A DNA stretch of 62,071 bases. It comes from Chiloscyllium plagiosum (taxonomy: Eukaryota). The DNA lies in contig NC_057735.1 in the NCBI RefSeq assembly GCF_004010195.1, positions 11,286,441-11,348,511 on the forward strand. Direction: 5' to 3'. Under the pieces are notes generated by a model. It searched no databases, was not told the origin of the DNA, and saw only the letters and a program-made list of their open reading frames with translations. Below are positions 24,204 to 36,900 of this stretch, piece by piece (position 1 is the stretch's first letter; each line of letters opens with the position of its first letter). A program made the position numbers and the translations under genes.

Positions 24204-25119
24204 GGACACTATTTACATACATTTGAGGAAATGAGAGAGTCTGATCAGTGAACGGACCTTTATTTTACTTTGTCAGAAAAGACTTTAGACGGTCCCAAGG
24301 TGTTTCACAGAAGTATTATCAAGCCACATAAGGTGATATTAACATCGGGTCTACCGACAATGATCACTCTCCAATTGAAATAATTGGCCTTAAGGTCAAG
24401 AAGACTATTGCAAACAATTGACCATTAAAGTTCAGTTGAAGACTATGCTCTTGTGTAGTTGGGACAGAAGGGCAAAAAAAAGCAAAAACTTCCTCACAGA
24501 ACAGTTTCGAAACCACACAAAATGCACTGGAGTAGAAACTGGTTCATGTGATCTGTGGGTAGGATTTATAGAATCCTGCACTGGAGTACATGAGGCCAAT
24601 CCCTGAACAGATTTGAGTATTGACACTCATTTTAATAAGAATGGCAAGCTGTCACTGCCGAGTGTGCATGCCTTGCTGACTCACTGGCGAAGGCTATGAT
24701 AAATAATCATACCAGACTCAAAACATTAACTCGACTTCTCTCCACCAGAGGCTGCCAGGCCTGCTGAGATTCTCCTGCTCTCTCCAAATGTGTTCAATAA
24801 ATATCAGGCTGCTGTGATAGAGGTGGCCACCCTCTGGTAAGCTGCAGAAGAATTGCTTTGAAGAGAGTAGAGGAGATGGGGCAGTGATCGAGAGGGTTTA
24901 GTCCCACCCACCCCCTCAGGAATCCTGCTTCTACATTAGAAGTACATTGTTTAATATCATGGTTCATTCATCTAGGCAAGTGTTTCAGATTAATGACGAT
25001 TAACGCTTTCAGCCAACTTTTAAAAACAGGATAACTTGGCATTCCATTAATATTAACTTACTGCTTGATTTGATTAAGCACCCAAAAATCATCCTTTTAC
25101 TAATAGCCTTCACTTTGTC

Positions 25120-25250
25120 ACACTTCCACAGTCGGAAAACATACCCATCTAAGGTTAAATTAATCCATCTTGTCACATGTTCCTCCTCATTCCTCAAAAT
25201 ATCCTGGAAACTGGAAGTGAAAGAGACTTGAATTACCACTTCACTTTCAG
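25120..25250. promoter_or_regulatory. Putative leukocyte promoter of receptor gene 1 (Ets/PU.1 and IRF motifs)
   Basis: GGAAGTGAAA (EICE form GGAAnnGAAA) at 25213-25222; GAGGAA twice on minus at 25180-25195; GAAAGTGAAGTG on minus at 25237-25248; 75-200 bp upstream of the ATG. Confidence 0.45.
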
Positions 25251-25325
25251 TTGCATTGCTCAGTAAAGCTGAGTGAAGGGATAAAGTAAGAACAATTCTA
25301 TAATTTTCTTTGCATCACTTAAAAT

Positions 25326-25365
25326 ATGGATTTTACATTCCATCTCTTCATGCTGTCCTTCTCAG
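25326..25365 (+). CDS. CD300/pIgR-like receptor gene 1, exon 1 (signal peptide)
   Basis: MDFTFHLFMLSFS+G, then GTAAG donor (phase 1); same 40-nt length as the paralogous leaders at 40802 and 58533. Confidence 0.85.
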
Positions 25366-26999
25366 GTAAGTAACACAAATTGCATTAAACTTCACTGGGG
25401 AAATTAAATAGTGTGCATTAGACCAGGTTTTATAGAAACATAAATTGTTAGCGGAGGTCTCTTCTAGTCCTACTGTCTTATTATGCTTGGAATCCTTGCT
25501 ATCCAATCATCCTGTAGCAAATCCAGTCTGCAGAACATCCATTAGTTCTGGCTCAGTTGTGGAACAGTAGCCTTGGCATTCAGAATATTATGACTCAAGT
25601 CCCACTCTAGGAGACTTCAGCACCGAAACTATGGTAACACACCAGAATAGAACTGAAAGCTGAGACCCCCACCTCCCTTCTCCAGAATGTGAAAAAGGTT
25701 TCATGTTGTTAAGTTGAAGGAGATCAGAGGAATGATCTGCCCAATCTTTCTTCTTCAGTCATCTACAAACAATTCATTTAATTGTTAGTTTAGGGAGTTT
25801 ACTGACCGCAAATTAGTCAAGGTATTCCTTTCTCACATTGTGATAGTGACTGTAACTACAGCATATTTTATTGGTTCTAAAGCACTCTGAAGTCATTTAA
25901 GATGCTATGTAAATGCAGCCTTTCCTTATTTTTTATCATTAGCCTAACATCTCTTGGCAGTCTCCTAGGATTCCAGGCAGCTCACCTCCCCATTTCAGCC
26001 CCAGAGTGGGGATTCAGCCTCTGTCATACAGTTCAACACTATGATTGATTGAGATGTACAAAATCAAGGCTGACCACTACCCTGTGAGTGCCACCCGTCT
26101 GCAGCAGGTCCAATTGAGCATTCAGTCCTCTTATCCATCACTTGCCTTTCCACACACTATCAATTGCAATAACTTGATTTTAAAGAGCTGCTGGGGGAAA
26201 TGAGAGAGGTTTCACACCATGTATTATGCTTAGGTGGTTTGATCTGTCTTGAGCCACACTGTGAATTATGAAGGAAACTTCTTCCATTTAGGATGAAGCA
26301 AAGCAGGCTGGCGTTGAGCAGGTGCAGTAAAAAGAGATGATTGGAAAATCACATTCTTGCAAAAATCTAGCTACAACCTGATTAAGTATGCTCTGTCTTC
26401 CTGACATTGAAACCGTCAAAGGTTTTGTGGCTTTCTGTTAAAACTGATGTGGTAGCAGGCGAGAGCAGTAGCTCTCTATATCGGTTAGCCTGATCCTTCA
26501 AACAGGATGAGTGCTCTGTCACATCGTGTTGATTTATGTTGTAGCTCTTTCTAATTCTTTTCTACAAATTGGAATGAGAGGAATTTTTTTTTAAACTCAT
26601 GGCCATCTGATTACTATCTGATTGGCAGGGTTAAGCTTTCAAATTTTCCGTGGAGACTTCCTGGATAGAAGTTTGTAAAGGTCTAAATAATGTGGGCTAT
26701 GGCAAAATTAGGTGATAATTACTAAAAGACCCATCTCAAAGTCGAAATCATCTCACTCCTTGAACATCTGACTGGCCAACTATTTGCTCTCAACAAAGGA
26801 AGAAGGAATCCATCGTGTTACACGGTACAGGGCCAACCGTACCCAACCAAAGTACATCTAATCAGATATATGTACAGACCTCTATGATCAACCCTTTTAT
26901 GTATGTCATTGATCATGCAAGAATTTTGTTCCTTGCCACACGTTCCGATTTACTTTAAACATTAAGGGCATAAGGACTATCTCATAATACTGTAGTTGT

Positions 27000-27275
27000 T
27001 GTGGTTCTGTTTGCCGAGCTGGGAATTTGTGTTGCAGATGTTTCATCCCCTGTCTAGGTGACATCCTCAGTGCTTGGGAGCCTCCTGTGAAGCGCTTCTG
27101 TGATCTTTCCTCCGGCGTTTGTGGTTTATCTCTGCTGCTTCCGGTTGTCAGTTCCAGCTGTCAGCTGCAGTGGCTGGTATATTGGGTCCAGATCAATGTG
27201 TTTGTTGATTGAATCTGTGGATGAGTGCCATGCCTCTAGGAATTCCCTGGCTGTTCTCTGTTTGGCTTGTCCTAT
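27000..27275 (-). mobile_element. Penelope-like element 3' fragment
   Basis: Minus strand encodes ..GQAKQRTAREFLEAWHS (GIY-YIG C-terminus) and a CTGAGGA..GAAAC hammerhead core at 27040-27070. Confidence 0.8.
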
Positions 27276-27840
27276 TACTATACATCAAGAGCAAATTCTG
27301 AAAATCTAGCTAAATTGATATTTCAGGCAGGATATGGGTCAGCTCTACTCCTGATATGCAAATGCAACTCTTTGGACTTTAAATAGACACACATGTGTCA
27401 ACAATTGAACAGATGTTGATGTTAATGCGCTCCTTATGAATCATCTTATTTGATCACTGGGAGTTGCTCCAATCTTCTATGTTTCTGTCTGCTGAGAGTA
27501 TCTCCCTCTCAGTTCATTCCTGTTAAGCCTGATCTACGTTTTGAAACTATTGCCATCCAACAGAAAAATAGTTTTCCTTCACCTAATCCCTTTACAATAT
27601 TGACAAATTGAAGGATTGCAAGCTGTGTACAATGTCTCCCCGTAACAAAGCCCTTGGAGCTGATAGTCCCAAGGGGAGCAAGGTTCCAATTCAGAATGCT
27701 TCCTGCACAACTTCTCAAGATGCGCTGGGCACAGGAGTCCCTTGAAAATGTCGTTAGAATGATCAAAGTAGGAGTTTAAGTTGAGGAGTCTCAATGTCCA
27801 TTTTTAAGTGTTAAGTATTCGAGATACATTCTACAGCTGT

Positions 27841-28155
27841 GGGTGGCATGGTGGCACAGTGGTTAGCACTGCTGCCTCACAGCACGTGAGACCCAGGTTC
27901 AATTCCCGCCTCAGGGGACTGACTGTGTGGAGTTTACACATTCTCCCCGTGTCTGCGTGGGTTTCCTCCGGATGCTCTGGTTTCTTCCCACAGTCCAAAA
28001 ATGTGAAGGTTAGGTGAATTGGCCATGCTAAATTGCCCATATTGTTAGGTGAAGGGATAAATGTAGGGGAATGGGTCTGGGTGCGTTGCGCTTCGGCGGG
28101 TTGGTATGGAGTTGTTGGGCCGAAGGGCCTGTTTCCACACTGTAAGTAATCTAAT
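27841..28155 (+). mobile_element. HE1-type SINE in intron 1 of gene 1
   Basis: Homologous to 18534-18877. Confidence 0.95.
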
Positions 28156-28226
28156 TACTCATCTGTTGCAGTGATTTACTTTATTGAGTTTTAATGCATA
28201 TTGTGTCATAATTTCTCACTGAACAG

Positions 28227-28559
28227 TTTCAGGCGCCATACTAACTGGAGCTGCTGTCATAAATGGATCAGTGGGACAATCCATTATCATCAGGTGTAAA
28301 TACAACAAACATTACAGCAGTTCTCCAAAGTACTGGTGCAAAGGTGACAACAGGGAAGACTGTGTAATTTTAGTCAAAACCCAACATTCGAGGAAGACAA
28401 ATTCTGATGGAAGAATAACCATAGAAACTGACAATGATGCAGGAGAATTCTTAGTCATGATGGACCGCTTAACAAAGAGTGACCAAGGGCTGTACTGGTG
28501 TGGAATTGCAAGGTTTTTGTGGGACTTGTTGAGTCCTGTGGAACTTAATGTTGCTGAAG
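28227..28559 (+). CDS. CD300/pIgR-like receptor gene 1, exon 2 (IgV domain)
   Basis: AG acceptor at 28225-28226, phase 1-1, GT donor at 28560; GQSIIIRCKY..KYWCKG....C..DQGLYWCG has the extra C-C' Cys pair of CD300/TREM/pIgR V domains. Confidence 0.95.
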
Positions 28560-28857
28560 GTAGGATGTTAAAAATTTTATTATTGTGCTCGTTTCCCAGC
28601 TGGATATTTGAGTTTGTTGTATGGTAGATAACATGTTTTTCAAACATTTCCACTTTTCAGTGGGCAGTTGGAAACCTAGTAAATAATGAAAAATGACACT
28701 GAGCCAAGTCTAATGGGATGTTTCTATCTCCACCCAGAGGAGTATGGGATACCCACCCAGCACAGGAACAGCAGTCTTGCCGCAATCTAGCAGCTGATTG
28801 GCCATTCATTGGGTGCATCCGGGTTCCTGGTCCAAAGAACCAAGGAATCCCTGGTCC

Positions 28858-28890
28858 CTGATGAGGAGTCATCCAGACTCGAAACATTAG
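28858..28890 (+). ncRNA. Minimal hammerhead ribozyme core (PLE type)
   Basis: CTGATGA-G-GAGTC-atcca-GACTC-GAAAC: perfect 5-bp stem II. Confidence 0.6.
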
Positions 28891-29024
28891 CTTGCTGTCT
28901 CTCCCTGGATGCTGCCTGCCCTGCTGTGAGCTCCAGCATTTGTTATTTTCACCCCTGGCCTCTGATTGGCTGGAGTTCTCCGAGGGAAAGCTTCCTGTCT
29001 CTGAGGCATGGAGGCCCCACCTTC

Positions 29025-29515
29025 AGGTTCTAAGTTTGCTTGCTCAGCTGATAGGTTTGTTCTCAGATGGTTCGTCACCATGCCAGGTAGCATCATCAGA
29101 GAGCCTCTGGTGAAGCGCTGGTGTTCTGTTCCCGCTTGCGGTTTGTGTGTCTTGGTCTGTTGTGGTGGGTGATATCACTTCCAGTACTTTTTCTGGGAGG
29201 TTGGTAAATGGGGTCCAAATTAATGTGTTTGTTAATGGAGTTCTGGTTTAAATGCCAGGCCTCTAGCAATTCCCGTGCGTGTCTCTGTTTAGCCTGTCTT
29301 AAGCTGAATGTGTTGTCCCAGTCGAAGTGGTGCCCTTCTTCGTGTGTGTGTAAGGATACTAGTGATAGCCGGTCACATCTTTTGGTGGCAAATCGGTGTT
29401 CTTATATCCTGGTGGCTAGTTGCCTGCCTGTCTGTCGGGTGTAGTGTTTACTGCAGTCCTTGCAGGGTATTTCGTAAATGACATTCACTTTGGTTGTTGG
29501 TATAGGGTCTTTCAT
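29025..29515 (-). mobile_element. Penelope-like element, GIY-YIG region and terminal repeat
   Basis: Minus strand NVIYEIPCKDCSKHY..QTGRQLATRI*EH; CTGATGA core near 29093-29099. Confidence 0.85.
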
Positions 29516-29929
29516 CACCTAAGTCCCACTTCAGTTTGTGGCTTCTCACCTGGACCACACCAGAAGGCGTAGGAGAGGGTGTTGGGTATGGGTGTATGGG
29601 TGATTATGGTGAGTTGAGGGGGTGAAACTGGGGCAGGGATTGGGATCAAACTCAGGGGCGGAGAACAGAATACCCAACATTGTGGCCACCCTCCCCACCT
29701 TGCCACAGCTACAACAAGGAAATATGTCGGACTGAATGTTTGGCAAGAGCCTTCCCACATACTTATCGAATCCCAGCAGCTGTAGGATGACGTGCCTAAG
29801 GTTTGTTTCATATTCATTCATGGCATGGGAACGTCACTGACTAGGCTGGCTCCTTGGATGCTGCCTGACCGGTTGTGCTTTTCCAGCACCACACTCTCAT
29901 TTCTGACCTGCAGCCCTCACTTTCTCCAT

Positions 29930-30555
29930 TTATTGATGGTCCCTAATTACCCTGAGGGGAGTTAAGAGTCAACCACATTGCTGTGGGTCTGGAGTCATGT
30001 GTTGGCCAGACCAGGTAAATCCTTTCCTGAAGAGCATTAGTGACTGAGATGATTAGATTAGATTACTTACAGTGTGGAAACAGGCCCTTCGGCCCAACAA
30101 GTCCACACCGCCCCGCCGAAGCGCAACCCACCCAGGCCCATTCCCCTACATTTACCCCTGCACCCAACACTACAGGCAATTTAGCATGGCCAATTCACCT
30201 GACCTGCACTTTTTTGGACTGTGGGAGGAAACCAGAGCACCCGGAGGAGACCCACGCAGACACGGGGAGAACGTGCAAACTCCACACAGTCAGTCGCCTG
30301 AGGCGGGAATTGAACCCGGGTCTCTGGCGCTGCGAGGCAGCAGTGCTAACCACTGTGCCACCGTGCCACCCCTTTGGGTTTTACCTGACAATTAGCAATG
30401 GTTTCACAGTCATCATGAAACTCTTACTTCCCAATTTCTTTTACTGAATTCAAATTCCACCAACTGTCATTTAGGATTTGAACCCAGATCTCCAGACATT
30501 ATTTGGCTCTCTGGATTAATAGTCAATCAACAAAACTACTCAGTCATCAACTCCC
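29930..30555 (-). mobile_element. tRNA-derived SINE (second family) split by an HE1 insertion
   Basis: The two halves match 17355-17660. Confidence 0.7.
30052..30371 (-). mobile_element. HE1-type SINE
   Basis: Reverse complement of the 18534 element with a (GATTA)n tail. Confidence 0.95.
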
Positions 30556-30849
30556 TGTGGGGCATGAATAGCCTACATGGGCATCAATTGGTCTAGCTCT
30601 GGGCCAGCAGGCTTTGTAAAAATGTAGAGGGCAGCACTGAGTAGGTTGTTGGCAGATATGGGATTAGATGTACCCCCTTACTTTTAAACCTGTCAGCATT
30701 AAAATCAACCCACAATGCCTCTTTTTCATGCTAATTCTATCTTAGCAAAGTTTCTTCATTTTTTATCTGCAAATCTCTGATTGCTTAGACTGTTGTGTAA
30801 TACAATTTTGTGGGGGTATAATCTAATATATTTACACCGTTTTTGACAG

Positions 30850-30898
30850 ATCCCAAGGTATCTCTTTCAGGCTCGCCAGCAGAAGAGGAAATTCTGAG
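30850..30898 (+). CDS. Receptor gene 1, exon 3 (short stalk)
   Basis: TTTTTGACAG acceptor, 49 nt, (D)PKVSLSGSPAEEEIL(R), GTAAAT donor; phase 1 to 2 bridges the V and TM exons exactly. Confidence 0.7.
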
Positions 30899-33274
30899 GT
30901 AAATGTTGTACTTACCTAAACCTAGTCCTTTCTGAACTTCTGTCTGCAGCTTAATGATCACACGAAAAACATGAGACAGCAGGAATATGTGAGGATCATG
31001 CCATGGCTGAAACATATTAGCTCTGAGGAATGATTGGAGAGGCAATGATCATTTCATTGGAACAAAGAAGGCTGAAGAATGATTTAATTGAGACGCATAA
31101 AATCACATGGGGCTTGGGCAGAGTCAATTGGACAGACAAACCTTCCTTAGCAGAGTACACAATAACTCTAGGATACAATATTTAATAGAAGATTGAAAGG
31201 GAGAATGGGGCATGTGTGGTAAGGGTCTGAAAGTCACTGCTCAAAGGGCTAGTTGAGCCAAAAACCCTCTCTGGTTTTGGATTAGTCAGAGATGGAAGAT
31301 GGGTTGGGAGACCCTATTGGTAACTAATGCACAGATGCAGTGAAATTGTTCAGAAAACTTACACTGGAGATGGATTCACCTTCTGCAACCCTCCCTGATG
31401 CTGAGCTCAGGGTGGAGACGTGTGCTGGGTATGGGGAACCTGCCTTTTTGCTTTGGAAATAGCCTGGCCAAACTGATTAGCATTCAGTGGGGCCCAAGTC
31501 AACATCATAATGAAACTCATCTAAACACCCCCAATGAGTGACTACAAGCCCCTCCTCACCTAACCCCCAGTCCTGACTATTCCTGAAACCCTCCCATATT
31601 GCCCACTCACCTGCCTCAAAAACCTCACACATTCACAAATCTGTTCAATTACTCACCCATTCATGAACTCATTCACTTACAGAAAAACTTTGACTTTTAA
31701 AAGCTTAACTCAATGGGGCATATACTATTGTAAAACAAAATCATGTCCTCAAGATTCCATCTCTTCTTGTACCTGACATTCTCCACTTGAGAGGCTGGGA
31801 ACTTCAACTGGTTTCAAAGGCATGGCCAATAAACTATAAAAGGGTCAGGCCACAGACCTCTCCATGGGCAGTGCCAATCTACTCTACTGACCAGATAAAT
31901 CTGGACCATTGTATTTAAAAAATACTTGGACATGCAGTTAAGGTATTTTAATCCACAGGGCTACAAACCAGTATAAAGAAGTTGGAATTAAGCTGGATTA
32001 CTCTCTCTTGGCTGGCAAAAGAATTCTGGGCTGAATGGACTCCTTCTGTCCTATTTCTTTATGTTTGTAATGAGCAACTTCCCTCTACAATAAAAACAGG
32101 AAATGTGAGAGAAACCTAGCAGATCTGGCAACACCTGTGGAGAGAGAAAAAGAGTTACCATTTTGAGTTTGATATGACTCTCCTTCAGAATTCTCTGTAA
32201 ACTTTATTTCAGATTCCCACCATTCACAGTACTTTGCTTTCACTTGACAGTCCTCCTGCAATTTAGGAGACTGATTAGCATGCAGGTCAATGATTGCAGT
32301 GTATGGGAGGTCAGTGCTGTGGAATGGATTTTATACAGACATATTTGCAATATTGAACTGGCAGCCAGCTTCACATCTTTCCTGTTGAAACTTAGGAAGG
32401 TCACCTATATTAATTGGTCACTTCATGCACTCTGATGCCCAATAGACCAGCCTACAGATGCAGATACATCAACTACATCTTTGTACTTTACTATCCTTTA
32501 GCTGTGCAAAATCATGAAATCATTCCAGGTCGTATAATGGATCTCTGAGTTTTAGTTAAAGAGTTGCACACAAATGAGCATGGAATTCTCATTGTCTTGT
32601 CATAGCTTTAGTAGATGAGAGAAATCCCAACTGAAATGGTGCAAACAGCCATGACAGTGAGAGATCAGCTTACCATGGATTGAAATTTCACATCAGCCAT
32701 TCATTTCTCAGAATGATGGAGAGCAATGAAAACCTAATCTGCCCAGCAGTTGGACAATATCTAGTCCTGATGAAATGTTACTCCATTACATTTCTCAAAA
32801 AAACTAAAATGATCAAGTACAATATTAGTTTTGCAATCTCCACTGCCCCACTCTCAACACCAATCTTAACATTGGCCAAGTATATGTGACAGTGTTCCAT
32901 CTCATCCTAAGTGTTTCTTGCCCAGACTTAAGTTAAAATTATTCCCATCTTTTCACTAGCAATATGCACTTCATTTAAAACCCACCAACTAACATCATCC
33001 ATTTATAGTATTGGTTGAGTGCTAAAATCAAAACATGAAAATACTTTTTAATAAGAACAAAAACGAAGATCCTTTATATAACTGCATCTGCGCTGAAAAC
33101 AGTTAAATTATCATCCCAGATTGCACATCTGTTACTGCTGATGGACCTTTTTCCTCAGCTTATATTTCATTTTCAATTGTGTTTTTCACAGCAAAGTGTG
33201 TTGGTAGAAGCTAATTCATGTGTTATGCTGTCATTGCAGCATGATGGGTATTGAAAAAGAAATTGTTGGAATGT

Positions 33275-33810
33275 TGCATGCAATTCTGGTCTCCTTCCTA
33301 TTGGAAAGATGTTGCAAAACTTGAAAGGGTTCAGAAAAGATTTACAAGGATGTTGCCAGGGTTGGAGGATTTGAGCTATAGGGAGAGGTTGAATAGGCTG
33401 GGGCAGTTTCCCTGGAGTGTCGGAGACTGAGGGGTGACCTTATAGAGGTTTATAAAATCATGAAAGGCATGAATAGGGTAAATAGACAAAGTCTTTTCCC
33501 TTGCAGGGGGGAGTCAGAACTAGAGGGCATAGGTTTAGGGTGAGAGGGGAAAAATATGAAAGAGAACTAAGGGGCAACTTTTTCACACAGAGGGTGGTAC
33601 TTGTATGGAGTGAGCTGCCAGAGGAAGTAGTGGAAGTTAGTACAATTACAACATTTAAAAGACAAGTGGATGTGTATATGAATAGGAAGGGTTTGGAGGG
33701 ATATGGGCCGGGTGCTGGCAGGTGGGACTAGTTTGGGTTGGGATATCTGGTCGGCATGGATGGGTTGGACCGAAGGGTGTGTTTTGATGCCATACATCTC
33801 TATGACTCTA
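33275..33810 (+). mobile_element. HER1/CR1 LINE 3' fragment
   Basis: RTRGHRFRVRGE..FFTQRVV.VWSELP. Confidence 0.92.
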
Positions 33811-34069
33811 TTTACCACTGTATCACTCTTGGCACTTGGTAACACTGGGATTTGTGCCTTTCCAACATGGTGCTTGTTGTCTGCTCACTTTAATGGTTAG
33901 AAAGCCATGAGTCAAAGTGTGTAAAAATGTCACATGCTCCAGGAGAACAAAAGCCGAAAAGTATTTTTGATTATCTGCAAGTGTAGCCAAATAACTCACA
34001 GATCCAAGCTGACTCTATGGATTCTGAAATCTATTTTGATAGAAATAATTTTGTCTTCTATCTACCTAG

Positions 34070-34166
34070 GCAAAATTCTACGTATTATTTTATCTGGAGC
34101 ATTTTACGTTGGTTATTCTTTGCCATTCTCCTCATCTGGGCCATTTTAATCAAACTGAAAATATAG
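34070..34166 (+). CDS. Receptor gene 1, exon 4 (TM with Arg, short tail, stop)
   Basis: TCTTCTATCTACCTAG acceptor; (R)QNSTYYFIWSILRWLFFAILLIWAILIKLKI*; strong CAG|GTAAGT donor at 34180/34181. Confidence 0.8.
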
Positions 34167-35180
34167 ATGACGAAATACAGGTAAGTTGTTGACTTGAATA
34201 ATTTCTGTGTACTTAAGCTTAAGAAAAAAATTGGAAGGATTCTCTGTACTCACTATCAATATTTTAAAAAAGATAGTGTAACCATCAGATCATCACATTT
34301 CTGAAATCAGCATTCACTAATTTCATCTTCCTCAGAGAATATTACCAGAAAAGATATTTGGTAGATTATGGTAGATACAGTCGGCATTCATTTCATTAAC
34401 CTTCTAAATATAAAGTACTTTACATTCAGAATATTAAATGGATGAATATTTTACACAAGTAGAATGATAATTCCAAAACATACCTATTAAGATGTCCCAA
34501 AATACAATGGAGGGATTTCCTGCTTTAATGTAAAGTGAGTGGACAGTTGGTTAAAATATCTGAAGTTGACAATGCATTATGAAAATGAGAGCAACCCATA
34601 AATGTCTGCTTTAACTTCAACCCAATTTCCTTTCCATGGAGCACCCCCAGGAATGAGGAGGGTTTTAACTTTATTACGCAAAGACCTCACTATCACTATG
34701 TGATTCTGAATGTAACTGCATTTACAAAGGTGTCCTGAGTTTTTGTGAAACTTAGCAAGAAAAATAAGCTATGAGGACAATGAAATTTGAGGGACTGAAC
34801 AGCTGACAGAGTAGCAATTGTTAAAATACTGAAATCTTGCTGACGTGAACACCTTTTATTTGAAGTCTTGTTCTGAGAATGTGATTTTACTTTGTTAGTA
34901 GGAAGGGGTCATGAAGTGAGACTGGTGAACATGGATGGGGTGTGAGAGTTATGGGGTTGTGCAGGCTAGGGAGATTGAACATGGGGAATGCAAGGTTTGG
35001 GGTGGGTCTGGTGGGATACACTTCCAATGGTCAGTGTGAACAGGTTGGGCTGAATGGCCTGCTTCCATGTTGTAGGGACTCTATGATCTTCTACCATCTA
35101 AAGGGGCTTGAAGGGTTTGGATTGTAGGATTCATTTATTGTTTGTTTTTGAAGCTTCAGTGCAGTGCCAACAGTGCTATG

Positions 35181-35396
35181 ATTAGATTAGATTACATTAC
35201 AGTGTGGAAACAGGCCCTTCGGCCCAACAAGTCCACACCGACCCACCGAAGCGTAAACCACCCATACCCCTACCTAACACTACGGGCAATTTAGCATGGC
35301 CAATTCACCTGACCTGCACATTTTTGGATTGTGGGAGGAAACCGGAGCACCCGGAGGAAACCCACGCAGACACGGGGAGAACGTGCAAACTCCACG
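35181..35396 (-). mobile_element. HE1-type SINE, 5'-truncated
   Basis: Matches the 3' two-thirds of the 30052 copy. Confidence 0.9.
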
Positions 35397-35984
35397 TTGC
35401 AGATCAGGATGTCCTACTTTGCTGTCCTCAATAGGTCTTTAAACCACTTGCAGGAGGAATGGTTCCATGTCTTCTGGCTTCCTCAGTGACCTCCAACCAC
35501 CTCGCGATTGCAGGCTTTAATCCAATGTCACTGGCAAAGTGCTGAATAACCTTAATCTATCAAAGTGATGGGCTAAAGTGAGAGGCCATTCAGCCCACTG
35601 CCAACAATCTTTCCACCTTACCCTCCCACTGTCAGCATTGAAAAGCTGAAAAGGAAGTTTTATTTCTAAAATCTGCCTTTAACCCAGTCTCAAAAGAACA
35701 GAAGCAAATATAAATAGAAATTGCTGGAAGGAAGGATAATGGACTCAAAATGTTAACCCTCTCACACACTTTCTGTGGATGCTGTCCACGTCTGTTGTGT
35801 TTCTCCAACAATTTCTGTTTTTGTTTTTTTCAGAACTCCAGTATCCACAGTTCTTCATTTTATCTCAGCAAAGGAACACCTCAATAAGATTAATTAATAT
35901 GATTATGAGAAAGAGAAGAAAGGGATTCTCATTCTCCAGCATGTTGATTCCTGTATCCCAGGAAACAAAACAGCATTAAGTGTG

Positions 35985-36900
35985 ATAAAAACCAAAAGTA
36001 CTGCGGATGCTATAAATCAGAAACAAAAACAGAAATTGCTATAAAATCTCAGCAGGTCTGCCAGCATCTGTGGAGAAAATCAGAGTTAACGTTTCAGATC
36101 CAGTGATCCTTCCTCAAGACTGATAGAAGCTAGGAAAATGTTTATGTGCAGGTGATAGGATAGGGAGGAGAGGTAAGGAGGAAACAATAGAGGCCAAAGA
36201 GAGAGAAGAAAAATTGGACAGTCAAAGGAGTGATGATGATCTGGCGAGGATGATAAATAGCTGTTAGTGGGGACTGTTAGTGACTGGCAATGGGTATTGT
36301 GTAATAGCAGACGGTGTGGTAACAAGGCAGGATGTGAGGGGGTGGGGGCTGGGACATAGGAACGTTTAAGTCCTGAAGTTATTGAACTTGATTTTGGATC
36401 CAGAAGGCTGCAGGGTCTCTGAGAGGAAAATGAGGTGCTGTTCTTCCAGCTTACACTGAGCTTCTCTGAAGCACTGCAGCAAGCCTGAGAGAGTGATTTT
36501 GGCCAGGAAACAGGGTGGGGTGTTGAAGTGGCAGGCAATGGGAAGCTCAGTGTCATTTTTGCAGACAGAACGTAAGTGTTCTGCAAAACGGTCACCTAGT
36601 CTCCACTTCATTTCCCCAATGTAGGGGAGAGCACATTGTGAGCAGTGAATGCAGTAGAGTAGATTATGTGAAGTACAGGTTGAGCATGCTTCATCTGGGA
36701 GGTGTGTTTGGTCTCTTAGATACTGAGGAGGGAGGAGGTAAATGGGCAGGTGTTACACCTTTAGCCATTGCAGGGGAAGGAGCCTTGGGGCTGTAGGGTG
36801 GGGTGTGGGATGTTGAGAGTGAAGGAAGAATGGACCGGGATGTTCCGGAGGGAATGGTCCCTGCAGAAGGCAGAAAAGGGAGGGGAGGGGAATACGCATG
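35985..36900 (-). mobile_element. Penelope-like element 3' part (GIY-YIG and terminal repeat)
   Basis: Minus strand YCIHCSQC..YIGEMKWRLGDRFAEHLRS; PFSAFCRDHSL. Confidence 0.88.

Noticed and set aside
28227-28627. Rearranging Ig/TCR/NAR V segment
   Set aside because: The exon includes its own G strand and ends in a GT donor with no CACAGTG heptamer/nonamer; the Cys pattern is CD300/pIgR-type. The same holds for V2
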